DNA of 43,829 nucleotides, from assembly GCA_039187375.1 (NCBI GenBank), contig JBCCZN010000001.1, forward strand, positions 1-43,829, in the 5' to 3' direction. This DNA is from Pseudomonadota bacterium. Its GTDB lineage: Bacteria > Pseudomonadota > Gammaproteobacteria > Steroidobacterales > Woeseiaceae. Position numbers and translations under genes: made by a program. Under the pieces are notes generated by a model, which was not told where the DNA came from, made no database searches, and was given only the letters and a program-made list of their open reading frames with translations. Shown piece by piece: positions 17,879-26,562 of the stretch (the stretch's first letter is position 1; each line of letters begins with the position of its first letter).

Positions 17879-20549
17879 CGGCTCGTCCTACCTGTTTCGC
17901 GCCTTTCACGCACTGCCACCGCTGACAAGCTCCAAAGGCATGCCAACCGGAGCCATCCACGGCGTGCTGAACATGTTGAACAAGTTATTGCGCGATGAAC
18001 AACCCGATTTTGTCGGCGTGGTGTTCGATGCACCGGGCAAGACGTTTCGCGACACGATGTTCGAGGATTACAAAGCACAACGACCACCAATGCCCGACGA
18101 ACTGCGCACCCAGATCCAGCCCATACTCGATATTGTTGAGGCGATGGGTCTACCGCTACTGCGTGTCGGCGGCGTGGAGGCCGACGATGTCATCGGCACA
18201 CTTGCTGTGCAGGCCGCGGCGGCGGGCCTTGAGACCATCGTCTCAACCAGCGACAAGGACATGGCTCAGTTAGTTCAGCCGCAGATCACGCTCGTCAATA
18301 CGATGAGCGATACCGTCATGGACCGGGATGGCGTCAAGGCCAAGTTCGATGTCTGGCCGGAGCAGATCATAGACTATCTTGCGCTTGTCGGTGACAGTGC
18401 CGATAACATCCCTGGCGTCCCGCGCGTCGGTGCTAAAACGGCGGCGAAGTGGCTCAACCTCTACGACTCCGTCGACGGCATCATTGAGCACGCCGATGAA
18501 ATCAAGGGCAAGGTCGGTGAGAGCCTGCGCGAACATATCCAACCCCTACGCCAGTATCAGGCGTTAACGACGATCAAGTGTGACGTCGAACTTGAGCATG
18601 CGCCGGACGCCCTGGCGCCTACACCACCCGTTGTCGAGACACTACGCGAGTTGTATCGCGAGCTGGAGCTGAACACACTGCTGCGCCAACTCGAAGAGCA
18701 ACATGGCAGCGCTGAGAGTATCGAAGCGATGCCGGAGGCACCCGAGGCACGCTACGACATTGTGCTCTCGCAATCCGAGTTCGAAGACTGGATGCAACGT
18801 ATTGAATCGGCCGATCTGGTCGCCATCGATACGGAAACTAATAGTCTTGACTATATGCAGGCCGAATTAGTCGGTATTAGCCTTTGCGTTGAAGCCGGCC
18901 ACGCCTGTTATCTGCCGTTGGTGCATGACTACGATGGCGCGCCGCAACAGCTTGAACGTGATGTGGTGCTTGCGCGCATGCGTCGATGGCTGGAGGACGA
19001 TACGGCCGCCAAGGTTGGACATCACCTCAAATACGACGCCCACATTTTTGCTCGATACGAGATTACGCTTCGAGGTATCGCGGAAGACTCGATGTTGCAG
19101 TCCTACGTATTCGACAGCACCGCATCGCGTCACGATATGGACTCATTGGCGCGCCATTACCTTGGTGTCAGCACACTCAAGTATGAAGATGTCGCTGGCA
19201 AGGGCGCAAAGCAAGTGACCTTTGACAAGGTCGATCTCAAACAAGCCGGACCCTACGCCGCCGAAGATGCGGACATTACCTTGCGACTGCATCAAACGTT
19301 GCGCGACAAACTGTCGACCATCGAATCGTTGCAGCGTGTTTACCGTGACATCGAACAACCGCTCGTGCCAGTACTCTGGCAGATGGAAGAGACCGGTGTG
19401 CTATTGGACGTCGACCTGCTGGCAACACAAAGCAGCGAGCTCAGCACAACCATGCAAGCACTCGAAATCAAAGCGCATAAACTGGCTGGCAAGGCGTTCA
19501 ATCTCGGTTCTCCAAAACAACTTGGGCAGATTTTGTTCGAGGAGCTAGGGTTGCCAGTACTGCAGAAAACAGCAAAGGGAGCACCGTCCACCGCCGAGAG
19601 TGTGCTGGCGGAACTGGCCGCGGAGTACGAACTGCCGGAGGTCATTCTCGAATTTCGTAGTGTTTCAAAACTCAAGAGTACGTATACCGACAAGTTGCCA
19701 CTACTGGTCGCTGATGATGGACGCGTGCATACGTCCTACCACCAAGCGGTCGCTGCGACCGGACGACTCTCGTCATCCGACCCGAATTTGCAGAACATAC
19801 CGATCAGAACGCCGGAAGGGCGCCGTATACGCCAGGCATTCATTGCGCCGGATGGATATCGGCTGCTCGCTGCCGACTACTCACAGATAGAACTGCGCAT
19901 CATGGCGCATTTATCACAGGATGAGGGACTGCTCAGTGCGTTCGCTGAAGATGCCGACGTACACCGTGCGACGGCAGCAGAAGTATTTGGCGTTAACGTG
20001 GACGCGGTCAGCAGCGATCAACGGCGCTCTGCCAAGGCGATCAACTTTGGATTGATTTACGGTATGAGCGCGTTTGGTCTTGCCAAGCAACTCAATATCG
20101 GTCGAGCCGAAGCACAGCAATATGTCGATACATACTTTGCCCGTTACCCGGGTGTCCATGACTATATGGAGCGCACCCGCGAACAGGCACGCGATCAAGG
20201 CTACGTCGAGACGATCCATGGACGCCGACTGCACCTGCCGGAGATCAAGTCTCGCAATGTGCAGCGTCGTCAGTATGCCGAACGCAGTGCGATCAATGCC
20301 CCAATGCAAGGCAGCGCCGCGGACATCATCAAACTCGCGATGCTCGATGTGCACCGTTGGCTGGCGGACTCAAACACTAATGCAAGGCTCATTATGCAGG
20401 TACATGATGAGCTGGTACTCGAGGTCGCGGAAGCCGAGGCTGAATCGATCATGCACGAGGTCGTGAAGCGTATGGGCGATGCCAGCAATCTCGATGTGCC
20501 ACTAAAGGTTGACGCTGCGCTGGGCGACAACTGGGACGAGGCACACTAA
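17853..20549 (+). CDS. polA: DNA polymerase I
   Basis: 898 aa. The 5'-nuclease N-terminus is 'LLLVDGSSYLFRAFHALP'. The 3'-5' exonuclease region contains 'AIDTETNSLD', and the polymerase motifs include 'DYSQIELRIMAH' and 'QVHDELV'. Confidence 0.98.
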   Translation: MTKKLLLVDGSSYLFRAFHALPPLTSSKGMPTGAIHGVLNMLNKLLRDEQPDFVGVVFDAPGKTFRDTMFEDYKAQRPPMPDELRTQIQPILDIVEAMGLPLLRVGGVEADDVIGTLAVQAAAAGLETIVSTSDKDMAQLVQPQITLVNTMSDTVMDRDGVKAKFDVWPEQIIDYLALVGDSADNIPGVPRVGAKTAAKWLNLYDSVDGIIEHADEIKGKVGESLREHIQPLRQYQALTTIKCDVELEHAPDALAPTPPVVETLRELYRELELNTLLRQLEEQHGSAESIEAMPEAPEARYDIVLSQSEFEDWMQRIESADLVAIDTETNSLDYMQAELVGISLCVEAGHACYLPLVHDYDGAPQQLERDVVLARMRRWLEDDTAAKVGHHLKYDAHIFARYEITLRGIAEDSMLQSYVFDSTASRHDMDSLARHYLGVSTLKYEDVAGKGAKQVTFDKVDLKQAGPYAAEDADITLRLHQTLRDKLSTIESLQRVYRDIEQPLVPVLWQMEETGVLLDVDLLATQSSELSTTMQALEIKAHKLAGKAFNLGSPKQLGQILFEELGLPVLQKTAKGAPSTAESVLAELAAEYELPEVILEFRSVSKLKSTYTDKLPLLVADDGRVHTSYHQAVAATGRLSSSDPNLQNIPIRTPEGRRIRQAFIAPDGYRLLAADYSQIELRIMAHLSQDEGLLSAFAEDADVHRATAAEVFGVNVDAVSSDQRRSAKAINFGLIYGMSAFGLAKQLNIGRAEAQQYVDTYFARYPGVHDYMERTREQARDQGYVETIHGRRLHLPEIKSRNVQRRQYAERSAINAPMQGSAADIIKLAMLDVHRWLADSNTNARLIMQVHDELVLEVAEAEAESIMHEVVKRMGDASNLDVPLKVDAALGDNWDEAH

Positions 20550-21127
20550 CGCGCAGCCAGATAGACGATAAATCGGCTCGTGGCTGAGCTGGCGGCGCTT
20601 TGGCGCGCAACCTGACCGGCTGAATACCACGCGCCATCACCGCTAGTTACATCCCCGTCACCATCGATGATATCGCTCAGTCGACGGCCGTCCTCATCAT
20701 TGGTAGCAATAAAAAACAGCAACGCGGTGTCGGTCGTTTCTCGAACACCATCGCCATCCAGATCGAAGTGGTTCGGTGCGTTGTTGACCGGCCAAATACC
20801 AAAGTCTGTCGTATCGCGTGCGATGCGCTCCAGCACGTCCCCCTCTACATACGGACCATCCCATCCTGCAATATTATTGTTGCGTATTAGGTGATCGTCG
20901 GTGAGGCTGGTGTTGTTCGGTCGATGAAATGGCAACGTGCCGGTATCGGCGTAGAAGCGGGCAACCGCCGTACGCAACGTGCGGATATCGGCAGCGAATG
21001 TCGATATCCGCGCATCGCGAATGGCATCGAAGATCATCGGCGTTGCCATCGCCGCCAGAATCGCGATGACGGCAACCACACCGATCATCTCCATCAGCGT
21101 GAAGCCACGGTGACTCTCAGGTCTCAT
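20546..21127 (-). CDS. GspG-like pseudopilin, paralogue 2
   Basis: 'G|FTLMEMIGVVAVIAILAAMATPMIFDAI', 'GWDGPY', 'FDLDGDG' and 'IDGDGDVTSGDGAW'. Its TAG stop overlaps the polA TAA stop on the opposite strand. Confidence 0.75.
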   Translation of the reverse strand: MRPESHRGFTLMEMIGVVAVIAILAAMATPMIFDAIRDARISTFAADIRTLRTAVARFYADTGTLPFHRPNNTSLTDDHLIRNNNIAGWDGPYVEGDVLERIARDTTDFGIWPVNNAPNHFDLDGDGVRETTDTALLFFIATNDEDGRRLSDIIDGDGDVTSGDGAWYSAGQVARQSAASSATSRFIVYLAAR

Positions 21128-21130
21128 GGC

Positions 21131-21730
21131 TTAGTCGGCTGAAATCAGATAGATGCGATACCAATTGGTATTGCGGGTACCGTACCACTGGCGCATGACC
21201 GTGCCGGAGGCGAACCAAGCACCCGCACCAGAATCGACATCTCCATCGCCATCGAGGATATCGCTCAACATCCGCGCTTCTTCATTGCTCGGAATATTGA
21301 TGTACAGCATGGTTGATCGATTTGTTTCGCGAACGCCGTCACCGTCCAGGTCGAAGTGATTGGGGGCGTCAGTGCGTATCGGCCAGACACCAAACGACGT
21401 GCTGGTCTGGGGAATCGGCATGTTCAATTGACTATCGAGATACGGACCGTCCCAACCAGCAACCGGATTTGATGACCGATTCGCCATCAACAGGCCATTT
21501 GAGTCGTTGTCAATATTCGGGCGATGCCACGGATGCTGCGAGGTGTCCAGGTTGTAGCGCGTGACCGCTGAGCGCAACTCGCGCACCTCCTGCGCAATTG
21601 CCGTGACCTTTGCCTTACGCACAGCATCGCGAATCATCGGCGTGGCAATTGCCGCCAGAATCCCAATTACGGCCACCACGCCGATCATTTCCATTAATGT
21701 AAAACCACGCACACTGCGATGCATCGCCAT
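21131..21730 (-). CDS. GspG-like pseudopilin, paralogue 3
   Basis: 'G|FTLMEMIGVVAVIGILAAIATPMI', 'GWDGPY', 'FDLDGDG' and 'LDGDGDVDSGAGAW'. It lies 3 nt upstream of paralogue 2, and a GGAGA RBS precedes the ATG. Confidence 0.75.
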   Translation of the reverse strand: MAMHRSVRGFTLMEMIGVVAVIGILAAIATPMIRDAVRKAKVTAIAQEVRELRSAVTRYNLDTSQHPWHRPNIDNDSNGLLMANRSSNPVAGWDGPYLDSQLNMPIPQTSTSFGVWPIRTDAPNHFDLDGDGVRETNRSTMLYINIPSNEEARMLSDILDGDGDVDSGAGAWFASGTVMRQWYGTRNTNWYRIYLISAD

Positions 21731-21831
21731 TCTCCAAAAAAATTACATATCGTTGGAGGTTAGCGACCGCACGGCGCCGGGCTTTAGGCAACCGGTCACA
21801 AACTCGATGCAGCTGCACTTTAGATTTAACG

Positions 21832-21858
21832 GAACTAATTGGACTTGAGGTTTTCAAA
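21832..21858 (+). promoter_or_regulatory. sigma-E (RpoE/AlgU)-type promoter candidate
   Basis: GAACTA (21832-21837), a 16-nt spacer, then TCAAA (21854-21858). This compares with the extracytoplasmic-stress sigma consensus GGAACTT-N16-TCAAA / GAACTT-N16-17-TCTGA. No + strand CDS lies downstream. Confidence 0.4.
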
Positions 21859-21863
21859 CCTAT

Positions 21864-21972
21864 TGAGTGCGGTGAGTACTCGCCCGTTTTTCTCCTCCCT
21901 GGACGGGCAAACAACCTGGTTCCCCCAAGACCAGTTGCGTGATTCGCCCCGGCATGGCCGGGGCATTTTTTT
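21864..21972 (+). ncRNA. candidate ~105-110 nt small RNA in the polA-engB intergenic region (Spot 42/ErsA position)
   Basis: It is bounded by the sigma-E-like promoter and an intrinsic terminator. There are two internal hairpins. One is GCCCGT/ACGGGC (21882-21908) with loop UUUUCUCCUCCCUGG. The other is CTGGT/ACCAG (21916-21934) with loop UCCCCCAAG. The 5' end is only inferred from promoter spacing. Confidence 0.4.
21946..21972 (+). terminator. rho-independent terminator oriented on the + strand
   Basis: GCCCCGGC-ATG-GCCGGGGC gives an 8-bp GC stem, followed by A and seven T's. The T-tract overlaps the engB stop codon. On the minus strand the same hairpin has no U-tail. Confidence 0.6.
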
Positions 21973-22567
21973 AAGCAGCAGCGTCAGGATTCAACATATC
22001 GATCAATTGGTCGACAGCTTCCTCAACGCCACTGCGTTGCAGCGATGAGAACAATTGCGCCGTACCGCGACCTGCTAGCACCTTGCGCGCCTGCAGCAAT
22101 GCCGTGGCCGCTGCGCCGCGCTTGAGTTTGTCGGACTTGGTTAATAATGCATGTACTGGAATCTGAAGCGCTTCGGCGAACGAAATCATTTGTTCATCAA
22201 AATCGCCGATCCCGCGACGGATATCGACAATCAAGAAGACGCCAGCGAGGGATCGACGATCTGAGAAATAGGCTTCCATCAGTGATTGCCAGTGCTGCTG
22301 AACCTTGGGCGCCACGCGCGCGAAGCCATAGCCAGGCAAATCGACGAGTCGCTTTGTAGGCGCTAATGCGAAAAAGTTGATGAGCTGGGTGCGCCCGGGT
22401 GTCTTCGATGTACGAGCAAACTGGCGCCGATTGACGAGCGTATTAATGGCGCTGGACTTACCGGCGTTGGATCTTCCAGCGAATGCGATCTCAGCGCCCT
22501 CGTCGGCCACAAGCTGAGAGACGTGATTGGCACTGGTCAGGAAATGAGCATCTGGAAATTGTGACAT
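21971..22567 (-). CDS. engB: ribosome-biogenesis GTPase EngB/YihA
   Basis: '[15 protein letters not shown]' (G1), 'DLPGYG' (G3) and 'LLTKSDK' (G4). The start is at the internal ATG ('[10 protein letters not shown]'). The ORF-track N-terminal extension looks non-coding. Confidence 0.92.
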   Translation of the reverse strand: MSQFPDAHFLTSANHVSQLVADEGAEIAFAGRSNAGKSSAINTLVNRRQFARTSKTPGRTQLINFFALAPTKRLVDLPGYGFARVAPKVQQHWQSLMEAYFSDRRSLAGVFLIVDIRRGIGDFDEQMISFAEALQIPVHALLTKSDKLKRGAAATALLQARKVLAGRGTAQLFSSLQRSGVEEAVDQLIDMLNPDAAA

Positions 22568-22669
22568 GATACAAGTTAGACAAATTAGCTTTTCGGCCGA
22601 TACGTGTATAATAAAGAGCTTTGTCGCCGCCGTAAGGTGGTGGATTCTGTTGACGATGGATATTGAATC

Positions 22670-23341
22670 ATGAGTACGAATAAACTTGTACAAAACTTGG
22701 TCAATCGTGTCGCGCGCATGGTAACAGGTTGCACAGGCGCACTATTGTTGCTGGGCAGCGCGCACGCCGAGGAAACCGGATTCGTGACTGGCGATGCCGA
22801 AGCGGGTAAAGCCAAATCGACCGTCTGCGCCGCCTGTCACGGTGCGAATGGTGTTAGCGTCAACCCGGTCTGGCCAAGCCTGGCCGGCCAGCACGATCGC
22901 TACATCGTACAACAGCTTGAGTATTTCAAATCCGGCACACGCAACAATGTGTTGATGAATGGTCAGGCAATGCTGCTGTCGGAAGAGGATATGGCGGATT
23001 TAGCCGCTTATTTCGCCTCGCAGACACCAGCAGTGCGCGAAGTCGCTGATGCCGACTCCGTCGATATCGGCCGACGCCTGTATCGCGGCGGTGATCCCGA
23101 GCGCGGTTTGCCCGCCTGCATTGCCTGCCATGGCCCCGACGGTGGCGGCAACCCAGGATCACCCTATCCTGCGGTCGGTGGCCAACACGCCAGCTACGTT
23201 GCATCGAGCTTGCGTGAATACGCTGCAGATGACGACAAGCGCAGCAACACCGAAACCCAAAACATGATGACGACGATCGCGCTCAAGCTGGAGCCGAACG
23301 AAATCGACGCTTTGGCGTCTTACCTTCAGGGACTGAACTGA
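22670..23341 (+). CDS. cc4: dihaem cytochrome c4
   Basis: Signal peptide plus two haem-binding sites, 'CAACHG' and 'CIACHG', each followed by a downstream Met-containing segment. Confidence 0.9.
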   Translation: MSTNKLVQNLVNRVARMVTGCTGALLLLGSAHAEETGFVTGDAEAGKAKSTVCAACHGANGVSVNPVWPSLAGQHDRYIVQQLEYFKSGTRNNVLMNGQAMLLSEEDMADLAAYFASQTPAVREVADADSVDIGRRLYRGGDPERGLPACIACHGPDGGGNPGSPYPAVGGQHASYVASSLREYAADDDKRSNTETQNMMTTIALKLEPNEIDALASYLQGLN

Positions 23342-23356
23342 CGGGAGCCAAACGAC

Positions 23357-24199
23357 GTGAAGATGATGAACAATCTTAAGCTGGCTGGAGTGATGTTGAG
23401 TGCGATCGTGCTGGTCGCGTGCGGCAATGCCGACGAGCCGGCTTTGCAAGATACACCGGCCGTAAGCGAAACCACTGTTACCGAGACTACCGCACCGGAA
23501 GCGCAGGAGGCGCCAGAGGAAACGCTGGCTGCCGTTGAGGAATCAGACGGCAGCTTCGATGAGGAAGCGCAGGCCCGCGAGGTCTCTTTGCGGATCGCTC
23601 AAAATACGGCCGAATCAACACCGGTACGCTTCCAGGAAGGCACCCACTTTGCCCGGTTCCGGCCAACCAAAGCGACCGTCGGCGGTGGCAACGGGATCGA
23701 AGTCGTAGAGGTGTTTTGGTACGGCTGTAACCACTGCTTCAATTTGGAGCCGTTTGTACGGCAATGGAAAGCAGGGGCTGCCGAAGATGTGTCATTTGTG
23801 AAAATGCCGGCAGTCTGGAATCCAATCGTCGAACAACATGCCAAGCTGTTCTACACCATTGAAGCATTAGCTAATTCGGGTGAATTAGACAGTGCGGAGC
23901 CTGTACATCAGGCAATTTTCGACGCCATTCACGTTGAACGCCGACGTATCCAGACGGAAAGTGCGTTCAAGAGCCTGCTGGCCAAATTCAATGTACGCGG
24001 TGAGACATTCGATGCGGCATGGAACTCGTTTGAAGTCGATACCCGCATGCGTCAGGCAAAATCACTGAATCGCAGCTACAACATTGCCAGCGTGCCGACG
24101 ATGGTGGTGAACGGCAAATTCGTCACCGACGAAACACGCGCTGGCGGCAAGCAACAGTTATTTGCGGTCATCGACGAGTTGGTCGCCAGCGAGCGCTAA
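23357..24199 (+). CDS. dsbA: thiol:disulfide interchange protein DsbA, lipoprotein form with a long acidic linker
   Basis: Lipobox 'LVAC|G', then a ~70-aa E/T/A-rich linker, then the thioredoxin fold with 'WYGCNHCFNLEP' (CxxC) and 'ASVPTMVVNGKF' (cis-Pro loop). The GTG start sits 9 nt after GGGAG. Confidence 0.85.
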   Translation: MKMMNNLKLAGVMLSAIVLVACGNADEPALQDTPAVSETTVTETTAPEAQEAPEETLAAVEESDGSFDEEAQAREVSLRIAQNTAESTPVRFQEGTHFARFRPTKATVGGGNGIEVVEVFWYGCNHCFNLEPFVRQWKAGAAEDVSFVKMPAVWNPIVEQHAKLFYTIEALANSGELDSAEPVHQAIFDAIHVERRRIQTESAFKSLLAKFNVRGETFDAAWNSFEVDTRMRQAKSLNRSYNIASVPTMVVNGKFVTDETRAGGKQQLFAVIDELVASER

Positions 24200-24221
24200 T
24201 ATCGCTGACGACGCTTGCGAC

Positions 24222-25274
24222 TTAGCCCCTGTCGCTGGCGACAATCGCCTGCCAGTGATCATTAACCCGTTGCCAGTAAATCGTCAGCGGGTTTTTGTTT
24301 TTCCGATGCACGCGCGTCAACCAGATACCTTCTGTCGCATCAGCAAGCACGACATCGGCGTCGTTTGCATTGGCGTCGATCCGTTCTGCACGCAAATAGT
24401 CGGCCAGGTGAACACGAATATCGCCTAGCAACGGTGAGCGCATCGAACTGGGCTGCCACGTCAAATCCGTCGCGACGATCACAAGCGATGTACCCGACTC
24501 GAGCAACTCAGCCAGCAAGCCAATTTGTTTGTTGTCCAACGCGATACAACCGTCGGTATCGCGCGGCGGTCGAATGTTGTTTGCCGGATCGATACCGTGC
24601 AACCAAATGCCGTCACCTGTACGCCCCAAATGACGATCCAATGCGGTCGGATAATTCAGTGGCAATACGCGAGCACCATAGCGCGCCGGCAGTCTCGAGA
24701 CATCCTGTTCGGGTTGTAGCTCGAACACCCCTAATGGCGTCTTGCGATCCCAGCGCTTTTGTTTGCCCACACCGGCCGAGCCAACAGAGACATAGGCACT
24801 GTGACGCAGCACCCAACCAGCCGCTTGATGCTGCAGCAGTCTGGCCACACTCTGTGACGTATCGACAATGAGCACTGATCGGGTTTGCGATGAGAGCGAC
24901 AACACCTGCAAAGGTAATCGGCCGCTAGCCACCGGATATTGATTAATATGTTGGGTTTGCGCCGCTTGCCACAACGGCGCCAACCATTGATAGGAGCGAT
25001 TGCCAGTAGTCGCATAACTACCGCGCGCCATGTCTGTCAGTTCATTAACAAATTCGCGGCCACGTGCGTCGCTAAAGCGTCGCGCATTGGCCAGCGCGCT
25101 GCTCAAATCACCGCTCAACACCTCGCGCATGTGTTCGATGACCAGCAGATCATTGGCAGGCTCCGCCCGCAGCACTGGCACCAACAGCAGCGAGCCTAGC
25201 AGCGCGGTCAGGCTGCGAAATACTGGTGTATGTCGAAAGCCAAGCTGCCGAACGGGAAGCTCTTGACGATCCAT
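24222..25274 (-). CDS. L,D-transpeptidase (YkuD/ErfK family) protein
   Basis: Catalytic signature 'IWLHGIDP....DTDGCIALDN' (His...Cys), and a signal peptide 'FRSLTALLGSLLLVPVLRA'. I chose the start at the ATG 25274, which overlaps the upstream gene by 67 nt, so the start is uncertain. Confidence 0.75.
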   Translation of the reverse strand: MDRQELPVRQLGFRHTPVFRSLTALLGSLLLVPVLRAEPANDLLVIEHMREVLSGDLSSALANARRFSDARGREFVNELTDMARGSYATTGNRSYQWLAPLWQAAQTQHINQYPVASGRLPLQVLSLSSQTRSVLIVDTSQSVARLLQHQAAGWVLRHSAYVSVGSAGVGKQKRWDRKTPLGVFELQPEQDVSRLPARYGARVLPLNYPTALDRHLGRTGDGIWLHGIDPANNIRPPRDTDGCIALDNKQIGLLAELLESGTSLVIVATDLTWQPSSMRSPLLGDIRVHLADYLRAERIDANANDADVVLADATEGIWLTRVHRKNKNPLTIYWQRVNDHWQAIVASDRG

Positions 25275-26506
25275 ATCGCGTCGTCGCGCGACTGATCTGT
25301 CTCGAACTGACTGAGCTTGAGCGATTTGGCTGACGGCAGCCGTTGTCGGTCCTTGCCTGCAACAACCAGCAAATGCGGACGTAAACGGTGTTCCGGGTTT
25401 TGTGCCGCGACCACTGCGATGTCGCCGGTATTGAGTTCTACGATACTGCCACATGGAAACCAGCCCAGCGCCTGAACAAACTGTTCGACCACCAGGCCCG
25501 AAAATGTTTCACCGGATAACCGGTTTAATTCTGTAATCGCATCCCCGGTCGACCGTGCCGGGCTGTAGGGGAGCTCGGAAATCATTGCATCGTAACAGTC
25601 TGCCACCGCGGCCACAGCACCGAACATGCTGATCTCATCTTTGGCAAGCCCCGCCGGATAACCACTACCGTCCATGCGCTCCTGATGTTGGGCAACCATC
25701 AGGCGCACGCGCTCGGTGACACCGGTAATACCGTCCAGCAGTTCAAGTCCAAGCCGCACATGGGCACGAACCGCAACGCGCTGCTTGCCTGAATATGACC
25801 GACTAACATCACGCAGAGATGCCGCCATACGGGTCATACCCAGATCCAGCAACAGTCCACCGGCAGCGATGTCGAGCAATAATGGCGGACTCAATTCGAG
25901 ATACCGACCCATAACCGCCAGCCAGATGGCCGTACCGACTTGACGATCGACTGTGCCCGACTGCGCCTTGGCTTGATTGGCTAACCAGACCATCGGATCC
26001 GGGTTGCGCGCAATACTGTGCAGTACGGGCTCCATAATGCCACGCACATGCCGTGCCTCGACCGCGCGACGTGCCTTCAAAGCCTGCATCAATGTCTGAG
26101 TGCCCTCGCGGGCGTGCGCGAACGCCTCGCGTGCCTGAGGCGCCTCCTGGCGAATTTTTACTGGCGTCTGATATTCATGCGGCGCGTCTTGCGACAATGC
26201 CTGTGCCAGATGCACGCGTTGTAGTGAGAGCAATTCCAGCGATTCACTGCTGGTCCCGACATCGTCGCCACGACGACGGCGCGCGGCGTGCCGGGCAGTG
26301 GATGAGGTGCTGGTAAAGCTGGCGTCGACGTAGACAAAATCACAATGATCCGCCAACAACTCGATCTCACTGTTGCTGAGAATCTCGAAGCCTTCGAAGC
26401 GGAACGGCGTGTCAGACCAGGGACGATCCAACTTCGCAACAAACATGCCGATCTCCAGCTCGCTGACTGGTACCGGCTGATACGGTTTGTTGGTTTTTTT
26501 ATCCAT
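25208..26506 (-). CDS. HD-GYP domain cyclic-di-GMP phosphodiesterase with a DUF3391-type N-terminus
   Basis: N-terminal 'VSELEIGMFVAKLDRPWSDTPF', HD region 'RAHVRLGLELL' and 'HQERMDGSGYPAGL' (GYP). Confidence 0.88.
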   Translation of the reverse strand: MDKKTNKPYQPVPVSELEIGMFVAKLDRPWSDTPFRFEGFEILSNSEIELLADHCDFVYVDASFTSTSSTARHAARRRRGDDVGTSSESLELLSLQRVHLAQALSQDAPHEYQTPVKIRQEAPQAREAFAHAREGTQTLMQALKARRAVEARHVRGIMEPVLHSIARNPDPMVWLANQAKAQSGTVDRQVGTAIWLAVMGRYLELSPPLLLDIAAGGLLLDLGMTRMAASLRDVSRSYSGKQRVAVRAHVRLGLELLDGITGVTERVRLMVAQHQERMDGSGYPAGLAKDEISMFGAVAAVADCYDAMISELPYSPARSTGDAITELNRLSGETFSGLVVEQFVQALGWFPCGSIVELNTGDIAVVAAQNPEHRLRPHLLVVAGKDRQRLPSAKSLKLSQFETDQSRDDAIWIVKSFPFGSLAFDIHQYFAA

Positions 26507-26562
26507 CTTTTACGCTATCGTGCGTCACACCATTCCGTCGGCAGTTTCAAGAATACTGGTTT

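Noticed and set aside
17659-18090. 143-aa minus-strand ORF antisense to the lptM-like gene and the polA start
   Set aside because: It overlaps the strongly supported polA N-terminus, its sequence is Arg/Ser-rich and nonsensical, and no start context is visible.
20546-21730. Idea that the pseudopilin genes mark a complete type II secretion or type IV pilus locus
   Set aside because: No secretin, GspE/PilB ATPase, GspF/PilC platform, minor pseudopilins or prepilin peptidase occur anywhere in the 43.8-kb window. Only orphan pilin-like genes can be claimed.
21808-21817. Perfect 10-bp palindrome TGCAGCTGCA upstream of the pseudopilin operon, considered as an operator; sigma-54 promoter also looked for
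   Set aside because: It is a single short palindrome that contains a PvuII-type site, which is easily expected by chance. I found no GG-N10-GC sigma-54 element and no second half-site.
21839-22048. 69-aa + strand ORF across the polA-engB intergenic region and the engB 3' end
   Set aside because: It has no RBS, runs through the terminator hairpin and into engB antisense. The region is better explained as a non-coding RNA plus terminator.
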